Source: the human T2T-CHM13v2.0 reference genome, Homo sapiens
Length of the DNA stretch: 64,000 bases
Reading direction: 5' to 3'
Assembly: GCA_009914755.4 (NCBI GenBank)
Contig: CP086569.2
Coordinates: forward strand, 15,072,001 to 15,136,000
Shown here: piece after piece, positions 1 to 12,827 of the stretch
Layout: every line of letters starts with the position of its first letter
Position numbering within the stretch: the stretch's first letter is position 1
Position numbers and translations under genes: made by a program
Notes under the pieces: model-generated
The model's input: the letters and a program-made list of their open reading frames with translations, nothing else
Told to the model about the DNA's origin: nothing
The model's database searches: none

Positions 1-144
1 CCTGCCACTGCACCCAGCTAATTTTGTTTTGTATTTTTAGTAGAGACAGGTTTTCACCTTGGTCTCGATCTCCTGACCTTGTGATCCACCCGCCTTGACC
101 TCCCAAAGTGCTGGTATTACAGGCATGAGCCACCACGCCTGGCC
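1..144 (-). mobile_element. Alu SINE, antisense, truncated by the window start (left-monomer portion present)
   Basis: Reverse complement of the Alu 5' half (…ggccaggcgtggtggctcatgcctgtaatcccagcactttgggaggtcaaggcgggtggatcac…); terminates with ggcc at 141-144. Confidence 0.9.
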
Positions 145-195
145 TTATCCTTTCTGACAGCAATTTACTCCTACCTTTAACTCAGACTAAATAAA

Positions 196-1898
196 ATGAT
201 CTCATTTTCCAGGACAACCTCTTTACCTTCCTACTTGCTCTTTGCCCATCTATCACTCCTGCTTCCTTGGAAACCCCATGCAGTCTCCCCTCCCCTTCCA
301 CTAGCTTCTAGTTACCTCTACAAATTTCTCAACTTAACCCACTCTCTGTTAAACGAGTCCAATCCTTCCCTGGCAAATGACTGTTGGCTTTATATCTCTC
401 TATCAGCCACTGCTTGTGTTGCCACTCCCATTCCCTCAAAAAAACTGGGTCTTTACTAACTTAATCTACTTATGAAGGCAGTGACCCTTTCCAACTTCTA
501 AATATGCAATCATAAGCCAAATTCCCCAACTCTGATAGGACCAAAAATACCCTAACAGGACAAGCAATCCAGCTTTTACATTCTTACATTTTTAACCTCA
601 CCTAGTACATGAGCAATAAAAAGCCCATACATGGCCCCGTAACCACAAATACCATCTTAACTTTCCAAGCCCTTTTATGCTTCCAGTGCAACCTGTTATC
701 AGGCCTGCCCCTGGGCACCTATTATTTCACCTACACCCTACAACTTCAAGACCCAACTGATCTTAGTAACTTCCGAGTCACCCGAACAGCTCCATTCAGG
801 CAGCTTGTCTGCTTTTCAGGGACCCCCAAAACCATCACCTCCTCCCTGCTTAACAAACAGTCCAGGTTTTGTAATGGCAAATATACTCCCTGCATGACCA
901 TTCACCTCTGGAACCCTGCAGCAGCGCCCCCCCCCACTGATGAATGCCTTCTCATTCCCCTCTTTCAATCACTTTTTTGAATGGTTCCTAGCAGATACAA
1001 AACATTTTTTTCTCCAGTGGGAACATAGAACACAGGGAGCCACTCAGTTTGCTCCCAACACCCTTTTCCAGCCACTCACTGGGATACTTTGGCAATTACT
1101 CCAGGAGTACGGGAAAATGAAAACAACAAACTCATATACCTTTTTAACATACACAACCAGTTCTGTCTACCGAGCCAAGGCATATTCTTCTTATGTGGAA
1201 CTTCAACCTACATCTGCCTACCCCCCAACTCGACAGACACTTGCACCTTAGTTTTCCTAAGTCCCAACATTGACATTGCCCTAGGAAATCAGACCCTATC
1301 AATGCCCTTCAAAGCTTAAGTCCATCAGTGCAGGGCCACACAACTAACGCCCCTTCTTATAGGGTTTGGGAATGGCCACTGCTACAGGAACTGCAATAGC
1401 CAGTATATCTAGTTCATTATCCTACTACCACACACTCTCAAAGGATTTTCAGACAGTTTTCAAGAAATAACAAAATCTATCCTTACTCTTCAATCCCAAA
1501 CAGACTCTTTGGTAGCAGTGACTCTCCAAAACTGCCAAAGCCTAGACATCCTCACTGCTGAGAAAGGAGGACTTTGTACCTTCTTGAAGAGTGTTGTTTT
1601 TACAGTAACTAATCTGGGATAGTAGAAACACTGCCTGGCATTAAAGGAAAAGGCTTTTGAAATCAGACAACCCCTTTCAAACTCTTATACCAACCTCTGG
1701 AGTTGGATGACATGGCTTCTCCCATTTCTAGGTCCCGTGACAGCCATCTTGCTGTTACTCACCTTAAAGCCCTGTATTTTTAACCTCCTTGTCAAATTTG
1801 TTTCCTCCAGGATTGAGGCCATCAAGCTACAGATGGTCTTACAAATGGAAATCCAAATGAGCTCAACTCACAAATTCTACCGAGGAGCCCTGGACTGA
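196..1898 (+). pseudogene. Retroviral env pseudogene (SU C-terminal half + TM), interrupted by several frameshifts and stops
   Basis: Env motifs are spread over at least 3 reading frames. The CX6CC-like segment (EECCFY…NQSGIV) is only recovered after a 1-nt frame shift near 1590-1640. The stop following …KFYRGALD is at 1896-1898. Confidence 0.8.
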
Positions 1899-2480
1899 TC
1901 CACTGACCTTTTGACTGGCCTAAGGAGTTCCCCTCTGGAAGACACTACAACTACAGAGCTCTTTCTTCACTCTTTTCTGCAGAAAGTAGCTACTGCAGTC
2001 ATTGCCTTCTTCCCAACAGCAGTTGAGGGTGTCATGTTTAGAGAGGGGATTGAGAGTTGAGGCCACCTGGACTTCCTGGGTCGAGCGGGGACTTTTCTGT
2101 CTTACCAGAGGATTGTAAAAAACACCAATCAGAGCTCTGTAAAATGCACCAATTAGCAGAATTCTAAAAGTAGCCAGTTGTGGGGAGGATTGAATAAAGG
2201 TCACTCTGATAGGACAGAAATGGAACACGGGTGAGGACAAGAAGAGAATAAAAACTGGCCACCCCAGCCAGCAGCCGCAGCCTGCTTGGGTCCCCTTCCA
2301 TGCTGTTTTAAGCTTTGTGCTTCTGCTCTTCACAATAAACCTTGCTACTGCTCCTTCTTTGGGTCTGTGCCATCTTTAAGAGCTGTAACACTCAACATGA
2401 AGGTCTACGGCTTCATTCTTGAAGTCAGGGAGACAATGAACCCACCAGCAGGAACCAACTCCGGACACCCATGTTGTCAT
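1899..2480 (+). repeat. ERV 3' LTR (U3-R and partial U5); no poly(A) tail after the signal, so proviral rather than a processed copy
   Basis: caataaaccttgctactgctc with AATAAA at 2334-2339. Downstream, aagagctgtaacactcaacatgaaggtctacggcttcattcttgaagtcagggagacaatgaacccaccagcaggaaccaactccggacac resembles the HERV-W R-U5/leader repeat as I recall it. Similarity fades after ~2480. Confidence 0.55.
2334..2339 (+). other. LTR polyadenylation signal (AATAAA)
   Basis: Canonical hexamer in the R-like part of the LTR, roughly 435 bp after the env stop. Confidence 0.5.
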
Positions 2481-2559
2481 GGGTGAGATTAATGGCTATA
2501 GAAACTGAACATTGCAGGCAATCCTAAAAATAAGAACAAACTGCTGGGAAACCAGTTTT

Positions 2560-2830
2560 GAACTATGTATCCAAATGAAAGAAACTCCTATACCCTTTGA
2601 CTCAGAATCCAAATTTATAGGAATTCATCCTAAAAGCTATTTAAAATAGAATAAAAACGTTTGGGTAAGGATGTTCATATGGTAAAAATTACCAGCTTAT
2701 CATACATCTAGCAAGAGTGGAGACACTAAACAAACTAGAATACATTTGCTTGATGGATATTTTTAAGACATTGTAGCCACTGAGAATATTTTGTGTCGCC
2801 CTATGGAAGGAAGGCAGCTTGGACACTCCC
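2560..2830 (+). mobile_element. Ancient L1 (L1M-like) ORF2 3'-end fragment
   Basis: Weak but collinear similarity to the L1M ORF2 C-terminus (…tttgac.cag.aatcc.a.tt.tagg.at…aaaag…ggatgttcata…gatggata…). Highly diverged. Confidence 0.35.
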
Positions 2831-4891
2831 TTTTCTTTCAGTTCTTCTTTGGCAACATCACACCCACAGTATGTTGGAAAAGTATGAAAGCATGTCCTAG
2901 ATCTTGAATTTGCCTGAGATTTTCAGGCGACAGGGTAGGAAAACCTAGTGTTTATTGTCTGTACTCCCAGGCAAAACACTGTAACCTAGGATGTAGAAGA
3001 ATGATAATACATCCTTAAAACTTGGAGCAAAGGCATCTAAGTCTCTTCTCTGGTAGGATTTTCTGAACCCTCTCTGTTTTACACTGGAGACTTGAGAAGC
3101 CACTGAAGCCAGTGGATATGAGTCTCAATAGATTCCGCACAATTTTATGTCCAAGGAACCATGGAAGATGTCTCCCAAGAAATAAAAAGGGAGGTTGGCT
3201 ACAGCTTTCTCTTTGCTCAGAGCCAGACCATAAGAAGTACAGCCTTCCTGGCCATCAGCTAGTACCTGGGTTATCAACAGGGTGCCCCCAATAGGGGTCT
3301 AGATATGACCTCTTGCAAGCTGGCAAAAGGAAAGTGCATTTCATTGAAGGGGACTGTGTAGTGTACAGTACTAGGGCTGAGGCTCATGAATACAGCCAAC
3401 AGTTTATGTTCAAGTTGAAATAATGGGCAGGAAAGAAGAAAAATTTCACAACAGTTCTAAGAATTTTAAAGAAGTTATGATTAGAGAGCAACATAGGCTG
3501 CCTGGGTGTAAAACAATGTGTTCCTAAATAAACAAAAAAGTAAACCCAGAAAGAGCAAGGTAATTCTTGAGAACTGAAGAACCTTGCAAAAAAAATTACT
3601 ATAACAAGACAAAAGGAAATGAACATCAAAAGTAAAAAGCTGAGACTTGCGATACAGTGTCTTCAGTGAAGACATTACTGGTATCTTTCCAGGCACAGAA
3701 TATGCAGATAAGTATGTGTTAGGTATTACTACCTTATTTAAGTAAGTTGAATTGCATTATACATATCATTCTTCAATTTGCAACTTTCACTACTATTAGA
3801 GGAGTCAGGTAACATACCAGTATAAAAAGCCCTAGGAAATTAGTTTATGATAGCATTTAGAAGCGTTGACTCCAATTTTGTCTGCTTGAATTCAGATTCT
3901 GCCTCCCCAACTTCCAACCTGTGAGACTTTGGGTAAATTACTGATAGCTTTCTTAAGTGTGAGTTTCCTCTTTTGCAAATGGGCACAAAATATCACTGGC
4001 CTTGTAGGCTAAGTATAAGGATTATTTACATCAAAGCACCTAAGAAAGTAGAAGAATGTTAACCACATAACAAATGCTGTATAATTAGTAACTATCATTG
4101 ACTTACTCTTTTTAAAACAGCACTGTATTTTCTAGAAGTCACTTAACAATGGCCCTCTTCACTAACATTTAGAACCTTTCCTTTATTCCCTCATTGCAAC
4201 AAACTTCTTTGGACATAGTTTTTTGGTCCTTTGTTCACATGCTTGCCACCTTTTAATTAGCATTATTTGGTGTCAAGCTCATTAACCTTGAGGAAATGTA
4301 ACATATTTAAAGGAGTGTTTAAGTCCTGAGGTACACAAATACCCTGGCTGTCTGATTGCATTTAAAATAATGATGCTAATAATGACATTAATAAATAACA
4401 TGTATCAAGCTTTCTAGAGGCACTACTTAGCTTAATGTCAAATCCATTTAAAATGGGACCACCAAGAGTGGGCTGCTTTTTTAAAAACACAATCATGATT
4501 TTGTTTGAAATGAAAAAAAAACTTCTTCTGTTATAGGCATTTATAAAATATTGTACCTTGTAGATCATCTAATTGTACATATTTGTGCATGTTAACTTAT
4601 TTTCTAGATTAAAGTTTCTCTGACAGTTTATATTTCTTTTTTTGTAGTTTTGGTAGCACCAAAGCACCAAAATACTGACTTGCCCCCAAAAGAAAAGTAG
4701 AATAATCACAATTATATTAGTAATCATAGTGGTCTGGCAATAGCAGTGATTATAAGAGAAAACATTTTTTAATACAGAGGTTACAAGCTGTGCTCAGATA
4801 AATAGTTACAGTCCCTGATGTGTTCGTTTGTCCTGTAAAGTGTTTATAAAAATCAAATAAGTTGTAAAAATTTAAAAATCAACATAACATT

Positions 4892-5203
4892 CCGGGCGCG
4901 GTGGCTCACCCCTGTAATCTCAGCACTTTGGGAGTCTGAGGAGGGGGGTGGGTGGATCACGAGGTCAGGAGATCGAGTCCATCCTGGCTAACACAGTGAT
5001 GTTTACACATCTCTACTAAAAATACAAAAATTAGCCGAGTATGGTGGTGGGCGCCTGCAGTCCCAGCTACTCGGGAGGCTGAGGCAGGAGAATGATGTGA
5101 ACCCAGGATGGGGATCTTGCAGTGAGCCGAGATTGCGCCACTGCCCTCCAGCCTGGGCAGCACAGCGAGACTTCGCCTCAAAAAAAAAAAAAAAAAAAAA
5201 AAA
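4892..5203 (+). mobile_element. Alu SINE (AluS-like, moderately diverged) with a 24-nt poly(A) tail
   Basis: ccgggcgcggtggctcacccctgtaatctcagcactttgggag … cctgggcagcacagcgagacttcgcctc followed by (A)24 at 5180-5203. Confidence 0.95.
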
Positions 5204-6788
5204 TCAGCGTAACAGTCAGATTCTGATGCAGTGTCCCTTTAAAAACATGATGATCTGGCAACACAGAGGTCTCCTGCATGGACATCAGTGTTTGGAGGTG
5301 AGAGAATCTCCCCTTTGCAAAGCATGTTCCCTTATACTTCAGAAAAACTTCATTTAGTTTTGCTCTCTGCAGTCCGACTTGTAAGCACTTGAAATACTGT
5401 CTCCTGAGTTAGGTTGTGTCAGCCATTAGAGGAAGGGCTTCGCATTCATTATTTCACTTAATTCACAACATCCTATGAATAGATGCTTTTTAAATATACA
5501 TTTTATAGATGAGAAGACTGAGATTTGAGGAGCTGCGATGAAACTTCCTCAGTGTCACCTAATGCCCAGCTAGGATGTCAGGGAGGATATGAACTAAGGT
5601 TTATTTGACGTCACAACTGAAACGCTTAACTACTATGCTACAAAAATACTCAGTAACACTACAGAAATTAAGCTACATTTGTGACTTATATTCCTAAAGT
5701 TTCTTTCTCGGAGGTTGCTGTGGTATGACCATCTTCTCTTAATGGACATGAGCATTGTCTGTCTGCCTGTTTCTCATTGTTATATCTGAATGGTCTCCAT
5801 TCTGTATCTGTCTTCTTTTCCCCTCATCTTCATTCCTGTAACTCATTCCATCATTATTTTTCTCTCTCACACAGTTCTCTATTTTTCATCTTTTTTTTCT
5901 ATTCCATCCCTAGCTCTCCAAAGATGCAGAAAATAAATATTTTTCATTCCTGTACTCTATTTTGTATAAGAAATACATTTTGCCTGAGTGGAAAGGATTA
6001 TGTTGAACAATTTTATTTTTGAAATATCAGTACCCCTTGGTAGTATACACCCAATTTCCCCTCATTCTCTGCTCACATTCTCATCTGAATTATATCTTCA
6101 TCAGTGAAAACTTATTGTGACCCATGCTTTAAACATCATCCCCTTTGAGTAAAAAGAGAATTCAATTAATCATCCTTTGGGAATAAAGGTATGAATAAGA
6201 TTCAGTTGTTTGAAAAAAAAATCTTTGTCAATTATATGGGACAGAGATACCTATATGCACCTTAACCTAACAGCATTGCCTCACTGTAATTCTCCATTCA
6301 TTGCACAATTCCATTCATCACCATGTAGCTGACATCTGTAAGACACACTCCATGGATCCCAAAGCTTCTGTTGCATTATTCTTCCCCAGGAACAGAAGCT
6401 GGTTTGCTTTCTACTTCTACTTCCTTCTAACCTTCAAAGCAGTGAATGTTCTGATATCTTTTTATTATTTATTACTGGTCTGATCACAACTTAATTACAG
6501 CTTATGTGTGCAATTGCTATCTCATGAAGGCCTTTATTAAGTTATTACTTTTTTAAAGAGTTGTATCTCAACCTCCCCAAGCAAACCTACTTACTGTAGT
6601 GATAATGCATGAAATGCATCTATCATAGTTCACTTCTCATTATAGGTTTGCAATATAGTATCATATCTCCACCCTAAATATTTTTCTTGGTATACGTACT
6701 AAGTTACTTCTTCTTTTTGTTTTAATATTTCAGTCAAAGTGCCTGAAATGCTCTTTCCTTTGTAAAGGACTGGATCACCTATATGGAT

Positions 6789-7158
6789 TGATATGGTTTG
6801 GCTCTGTCCCTGCCCAAATCTCATCTTGAATTGTAGTTCCCATACTCCCCATGTATTCTGGGAGGGACCCGATGGGAGGTAATTGAATCCTGGGGGTGGT
6901 TCCCCCGTGCTATTCTCATGATTGTAAGTTCTCATGCGATCTGATGGTTTTATAATGGGCTTCCCCTTTCACTTGGCTCTTAAACTTCTATTCCTACTGC
7001 CATGGGAGAAGGACATGTTTGCCTCCCCTTCTGCCATGATTGCAAGTTTCCTGAAGCCTCTCCATCCATGCTAAACTGTGAGTCAATTAAAGGCCTTTCC
7101 ATCAGAAATTACTCAGTCTCCAGTATGTCCTTATAGCAGCCTGGAATGGACTAATACA
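6789..7158 (+). mobile_element. THE1-family MaLR solitary LTR
   Basis: Starts tgatatggtttggctctgtccctgcccaaatctcatcttgaattgtagttcccatactccccatgt…gggagggacccgatgggaggtaattgaatcctggggg and ends …ggaatggactaatacatg. This matches the THE1 consensus as recalled. Confidence 0.85.
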
Positions 7159-7304
7159 TGGATCTAGCAAGGGGCTAATTTGACTTGTTAAAAGTTTCAT
7201 TCAATATATGCTGGAAATCTACCATAGCCTCATCCAACTGAAGGATACCACAAATAAAAAGCTTGTAAACCAAACAAAAGCCAAGCAAAATAAATAAACA
7301 GAAA

Positions 7305-7700
7305 ACCTGTCTTAATCTGTTTTGTGTTGCTATAACAGAATACCACAGACTGGGTGATTTATTAACAATAGAAGATAAGGTGCCTCTTGGTTTTGGAGAC
7401 TGGGAAGTTCAACAACATGGCACTAGCATCTGGCAAGGACCTTCATTCTGTGTCATTCTGTGATGGAAGGCAGAACAGCAAGAAGGGGTGAAAGTGAGAG
7501 AGGAAGACAGGGCAGAGCTCACTTTTATTATAACTCATTTCTGTGACAAGGAGCCCACTTCCTCAACAATGGCATTAGTCCATGCAAGAAGGTGATCTCA
7601 TGATCTAGTCATCCCTCGAGGGTCTGACTTCTAAATACCATCACAATGACAATTAAATTTCAATATGAGTTTTTACAGGAATGTTCAAATCATAGCAAAG
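7305..7700 (+). mobile_element. MaLR-type LTR (MLT/MST-like)
   Basis: gttttgtgttgctataacagaataccacagactgggtgatttattaacaatagaa … ccatcacaatgacaattaaatttcaatatgagtttttacagg. This is the classic MLT/MST 5' and 3' consensus motif pattern; the subfamily is not resolved. Confidence 0.5.
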
Positions 7701-10700
7701 AACCCCATGGACTCTGCATAGCCAAATTCTAGAAGATATTGTTTGCATTTTGGTATAGTTATACAGTACTCTACCCTACACTGTTTATTTCAGATTTGAA
7801 TGACCTTACACTGCAGCCTAAACAAATTTTAGCAAGAATTCATAAAGTCAAGGGTTAATAAAAGAAAAACTTAACAATTGCTCCTGTAGCAATTCACTGT
7901 ATGTGGAAATATTACCAATACAAGTCACTACCTCACACCATACATTAAAATGGTTCCAGTGGGGGTCATTGTAAAGGGTAGACCTACAAAATATTTAGAA
8001 GTCAACCTTGGTGGGAATATTTTTATGACTTTCAAAGTGGGAAAGTTTTTCTTGCATAAGACGCAAAAAACTTGACCACAAAAGAAAACATTTGATATAG
8101 TCAATTAGTTAAAATATAAACTTGTGTCCTTCCAAATAAGTAAATAAATAAAACCTCCTAAGAAGAATTAAAAGAGAAACACAATTAAGCAGTCATGAAG
8201 CCTGTTTGCAAATGTGCTAAATCTCTTTTGGGAGCACCTGGCATTTCATGTCCCCTGGAAGTGAAATGTACCCATGTGGCTTGTTTTGGACAATGACATT
8301 TGCATATTTCCTGTGTATTTCATGGGAATGTGTTTTCTGTTGTTTGTCATTGTAGATACATATAGCAAAAAGAGGACAGTGGGCCTAGAATCTAAGACAA
8401 GGCTTGTCTTCCAATTTGGGTCCATGCAGGTGCCTTTAATACGCACGCTGTGACTCATCCATCTATTAGTATACAACATGTTAGAAAACAGAAATGGGAG
8501 GAGATTTTGTTTTTCTTAAACTTCAGGAATCCCTCCAATTATCCTTATTTCCTAGCCCTGACTCTGGGTTTCTAAATTCTTAGTCAATACAGAGAGGCTC
8601 TTGCCAGGTGGGCTTGAATTTAGCTTGCAAATAACTGAAAACGTCCAGATAATCCAGCATGGAAACATACTTTTGGCTAAGCAAGGAGAACAGAGAAGTT
8701 GTGCGGCTGTGTGTGCCATATTGGCTTGGGCATGTATCAAAAGCATGATTCACTGGGCGTGTGTACACAGAATATGAGGATAGAGTTGGTAACTAGATGC
8801 CCCTTAATGTGTGTCAGAGAATGATCATTCTAAACAGCCAATGGCTTCAGCATACTAAAGGATCATTGCCAATGACTTTTGATTATATGTGCAAGTACAA
8901 ATATTTTCATTGATCTCAGGATGGGGGTGGGTGGCTATGCTATTGTCTATAGTACCATGCAAAATACAGCCAGCTGATCAGTGAGCTGTTAGCAATTTAC
9001 CATCAACAAGCATTTTGGACAGCCATGTTGAAGATGGAAATAAACTCTATCACCCACAATATACTCCTGGGCACAAGAACTTTCCAATGTGTGCAAAACA
9101 AGAGATGCTCATGGCTATTGAGTCCATGTAGTTATTATAGCTATGGAGATATTTACTTACCTAATACATGTATGCAGAATAGATCATAAAATCTTAAATA
9201 ATAGATCATAAATAGATCTTAATAAATAGATCATAAAGATCAGAACATATCATAAAGCTACACTTATGACAACATGTGCAAGAAAGTGGAGTGACAATGA
9301 AAGAATTATGCACTAGAAGAAAATAAAATAGGGCCTTTGTACAGAGAAAGAATGACCAAGAGCCCAATAGTGAAATAAATCAAATAAATACCCTGGAACT
9401 GAGATCAAAAGAAATATAAATATATAATTCTATACATGCGTATCTATCATTGTAAGGAATTATAGGGTGCATTGAAAGGAGTCTGTATGCCACAGACATG
9501 AATTAGGAGCCATTTTCAACAGTCTAGTCTTGGAGTTACCTTCCAAATCAGCTCAGAATATCGGTTATAGATTTTGCTTTCACACATTTAACCAAAAATA
9601 AAATGGGGTAGAAGTACATTATTAGAACAGATAAAATACATGGCATAGTCCACATAAATTGTTTACTAAAGCTAGATGAGAAAAACAAGTTGATTAAGAT
9701 CAAATGTACTACTTTTGCTTACTATATATTTTCCAGTAATGAAATCTCAATAGTTTAGCATTGGAACATTACACATGATTCATGATAATTTGGAATTTTT
9801 TTCTTCTCATCTACCTTATGTGACTCTATATTTTTCTTATGCTGAGATTCATGCCCAGGAAGTCAGTCTGTTGTTTTGTGTTGCTTTCATCTGCCAAAAA
9901 AAAAGAGATTCACTTTTACCGTATGTTAAAAATCTGCAAAATCCTCACACAGTAGATTTTTAAAAATCTCTCCAATTCAATGTAATTTTTAGGTGAATAT
10001 TTTGTACGTTAACTAGAATGAGGAGGAAAGCAGAAGTATTGTAATTTATGGTTCTTAATTCTGCATTCTGGGTTTTCAATTTTAAAATAAATAGAAATGT
10101 TTAGAGATCTCATACTAATAGGGTACTATAAATACCTTGTTAACACTTTGTTTTAATGTAAGTGTAAGTTGGCTATAAAAGAACTTAAAACTCTTAATCT
10201 GCACAATGCTTGCAAACTAATTGGAGAGTGAAGGCCCACACGCATGAAAATAACTGGTAATTATGCCTAAAAGATAAGAAGTATGTGAAGGTTTAGAGAA
10301 GGAGGAGTTGATACAAGCTGTCCAAATGATAATATGAATAAAAGGAGGTAGATTTTAATAAAAGAAGTAATAGCTGGGGATATCCACTTACACATAAACA
10401 TAATAAACAAAGAAAACATGAAATCATAGACACATTTGAAGGCATTTGGGAATGTAAATGTTGATCAGCTTTTGAGTGGTCAATATGGAAAATTTCAACA
10501 TTCACAACATTGACGAAGACCAGTGCAAACTGAAAGTTCTCCTAAACTTCAGATTGCCCTAATTTCATCAATTATAAAACATTAAAATAGATTATGAGGC
10601 AACCATAAATTCTGCTGTGAAAACTATTATTCTCAAATGAGAATTTCTCTTATCTTAATGTGTAAAATATTTCCTCAAGGAACCTTACAGCATTAAATCC

Positions 10701-11299
10701 ACTTTCACAAGTTGGTCTTTAATTAGCTACTCAATGAAGATCCTTTTAAAATAATTATTCAGATTTTAATGTAGATAGTTTTGATTTCAACTCAAAGATT
10801 CATTTTTTTAGGGAAAAATATACATCATTGAGGTACACTATAAATGTATGCTTCACATTTACTATTCTTTTTTTTTTAAAAAAAAGGTCTGTTTTTCTTG
10901 GAGTGTTTATTTTTTTCCAAATGTATCAGAAAAATCTTGGAGGACTTGCTAAGGTTTTTAACAGGATTTTTTTTTTTTTTTTGTGGTAGTTGCTGATTGG
11001 GCCAGAATTAGGGTGTGGTAAATGAGATGTGTTATTACTTATTGACAATTTACCTCTACTGCAAACTTTAGCTCTGTAATCCAGATAAATAGTATTTTAA
11101 TGCAATATTTAAAAAATAATGTAAAACACCCATGAACACAAAATATCAAACTTTCGAATACAGAGGATCAGTAGCCCTTCTGTGCTAACCCAAATTGCAG
11201 CTTAAGGCAAAAATCCCTGAAAAATTCAGTATTGATATTGCTTTCATTTCAAATTTTGGTATTCTGTTATTCATGGATGTTTTGCATTAATTCTGATTT

Positions 11300-11750
11300 T
11301 TAAGGAATACTGCACTAAAGACATGGAATCAACCTAAATGTCCAATGGTCAACCAGATAAAGAAAATGTAGCACAAATACACCATGGAATACTATGCAGC
11401 CATAAAAAGGAATGAGATCATGCTCTTGCAGGAACATGGATGGAGTAGGAGGCCATTATCCTTAGCAAACTAAGGCAGGAATGGTAAACCAAATTCTGCA
11501 TGTTCTCACTTATAAGTGGGAGCTGAATGATGAGAACACATAGACACATAGAGGGGAACAACACACACTGGCACGTACTGGAGGATGGAGGGTGATGGGA
11601 GGGAGAGAATCAGGAAAAATGACTAATGGGTACTAGGCTTAGAAACTTAGTGACTAAATAATTGGCACAACTAACCCCCATGACACACATTTAGCTATAT
11701 AATAAACTTGCATGTGTACTCTGGACCTAAAATAAAAGGTAAATTAAAAA
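11300..11750 (+). mobile_element. L1 3'-end fragment (ORF2 C-terminus/3'UTR, L1PB/L1PA-like)
   Basis: …caacctaaatgtccaatggtcaaccagataaagaaaatgtagcacaaatacaccatggaatactatgcagccataaaaaggaatgagatcatg…ttctcacttataagtgggagctgaatgatgagaacacat…aataaacttg. Collinear with the L1 3' terminus. Confidence 0.8.
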
Positions 11751-12184
11751 TATTGCATTACACTATTATCTCTGTGACTGAAGATTATTTTTGTGCCCCC
11801 TAAAGTTTTACATCCAAAGCAAGTGCCTCATTTGCTAATCTTTCCAGCCTTGGCTTGGAAAGGGCTGAAATATCCTCATCCCATTCCTCTGGGATGTCAC
11901 TTCGGGACTAAATGTGAACATATACTACTGAATGTCATTTGTGTGCCACACTCAAGTGACTCATTCTTGTGAGGAATTTTTTCCCATTATCTGTAGGTTC
12001 ATAAGTAAATTTGGAATTGCTCTTCTGTGCCATTCAATTTGCCCTTGTATGATTTGTCATGATTAATGGGACCAAAGAAGGCCAAAAGATAATGGTGCCC
12101 TCTTGGCTGTGGAATGAAAGATGACAGAGACCACTCAGGGTCTTAGAGAACACCCAATCACACTCATTCGGTAATTATTCACTG

Positions 12185-12300
12185 AGTGTTTATCTAATAA
12201 GAAAAATAATTGCTGTTGTATTTATTCGTTCCACATGAATACATATTAAGCACTCTTCTGTGCATAGGCATTGTTCTCAGTGATAAACATACCAGGGAAA
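12185..12300 (-). mobile_element. Possible MIR SINE core fragment
   Basis: tatttattcgttccacatgaatacatattaagcactcttctgtgcataggcattgttctcag resembles the reverse-complement MIR 3' core (…tattgagcgcttactatgtgccaggcactgttctaag…). Weak. Confidence 0.3.
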
Positions 12301-12827
12301 ATAATTCTTCCCTTAGCTGTGTTCAGTATGTGTGTGTACATGCATAAACCTGTATACATGTATTTCTATACACACACCTGTGCATTTACCTTATCCATGT
12401 CTCATGGATATAATGGCAAATATTACAAAGGTGATTAAAAAATAGACCTTCTCCTTGCCCTCTGGAAGCCTATATACTAGATGTGAGAGAGTACTTGGAC
12501 AGTTCTCTCAGGCAGGGGGAACTAGAGAGAGAGAATTACTTGTGCAAAGGCCCTGGGGTAACAAACTCCAGGCTGGAAGTGCAGTAGACCTATGGGCTTC
12601 TCTCTTTATGCTAGAAGAAATGAGAAGTTACTGGAGGCCCTTAAATGGGAGAGGGACAGGATCATATTAGAACCTCAAAGTGAGGACAAGACAAGTGTAG
12701 ATTTGCGGAGATGGGTTAGAGATCAGAGGACTTGGCGATTGGTTAGGGCCATAGGCCCTTGGATATTGAGGTATATATGGCACTGTGAACTCAGATGCTC
12801 TGTGATGCCAGATGGTGTCCTTTAGTG

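Larger units (their letters stand above)
160..2480 (+). mobile_element. Class I (gammaretrovirus-like) endogenous retrovirus remnant, env region plus 3' LTR; HERV-W/HERV9-like
   Basis: + strand ORF fragments 196-459, 609-980, 940-1251, 1089-1319 and 1707-1898 translate to env-like peptides. These include [20 protein letters not shown], LQNCQSLDILTAEKGGLCTFL (immunosuppressive domain) and WLLPFLGPVTAILLLLTLKPCIFNLLVKFVSSRIEAIKLQM (TM anchor/cytoplasmic tail). They closely resemble the syncytin-1 (ERVW-1) Env sequence recalled from memory. An LTR-like region with AATAAA follows. Confidence 0.8.

Noticed and set aside
1920-2333. 137-aa minus-strand ORF
   Set aside because: Lies antisense within the ERV 3' LTR (U3/R). 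No protein similarity recognised. LTRs commonly contain chance ORFs.
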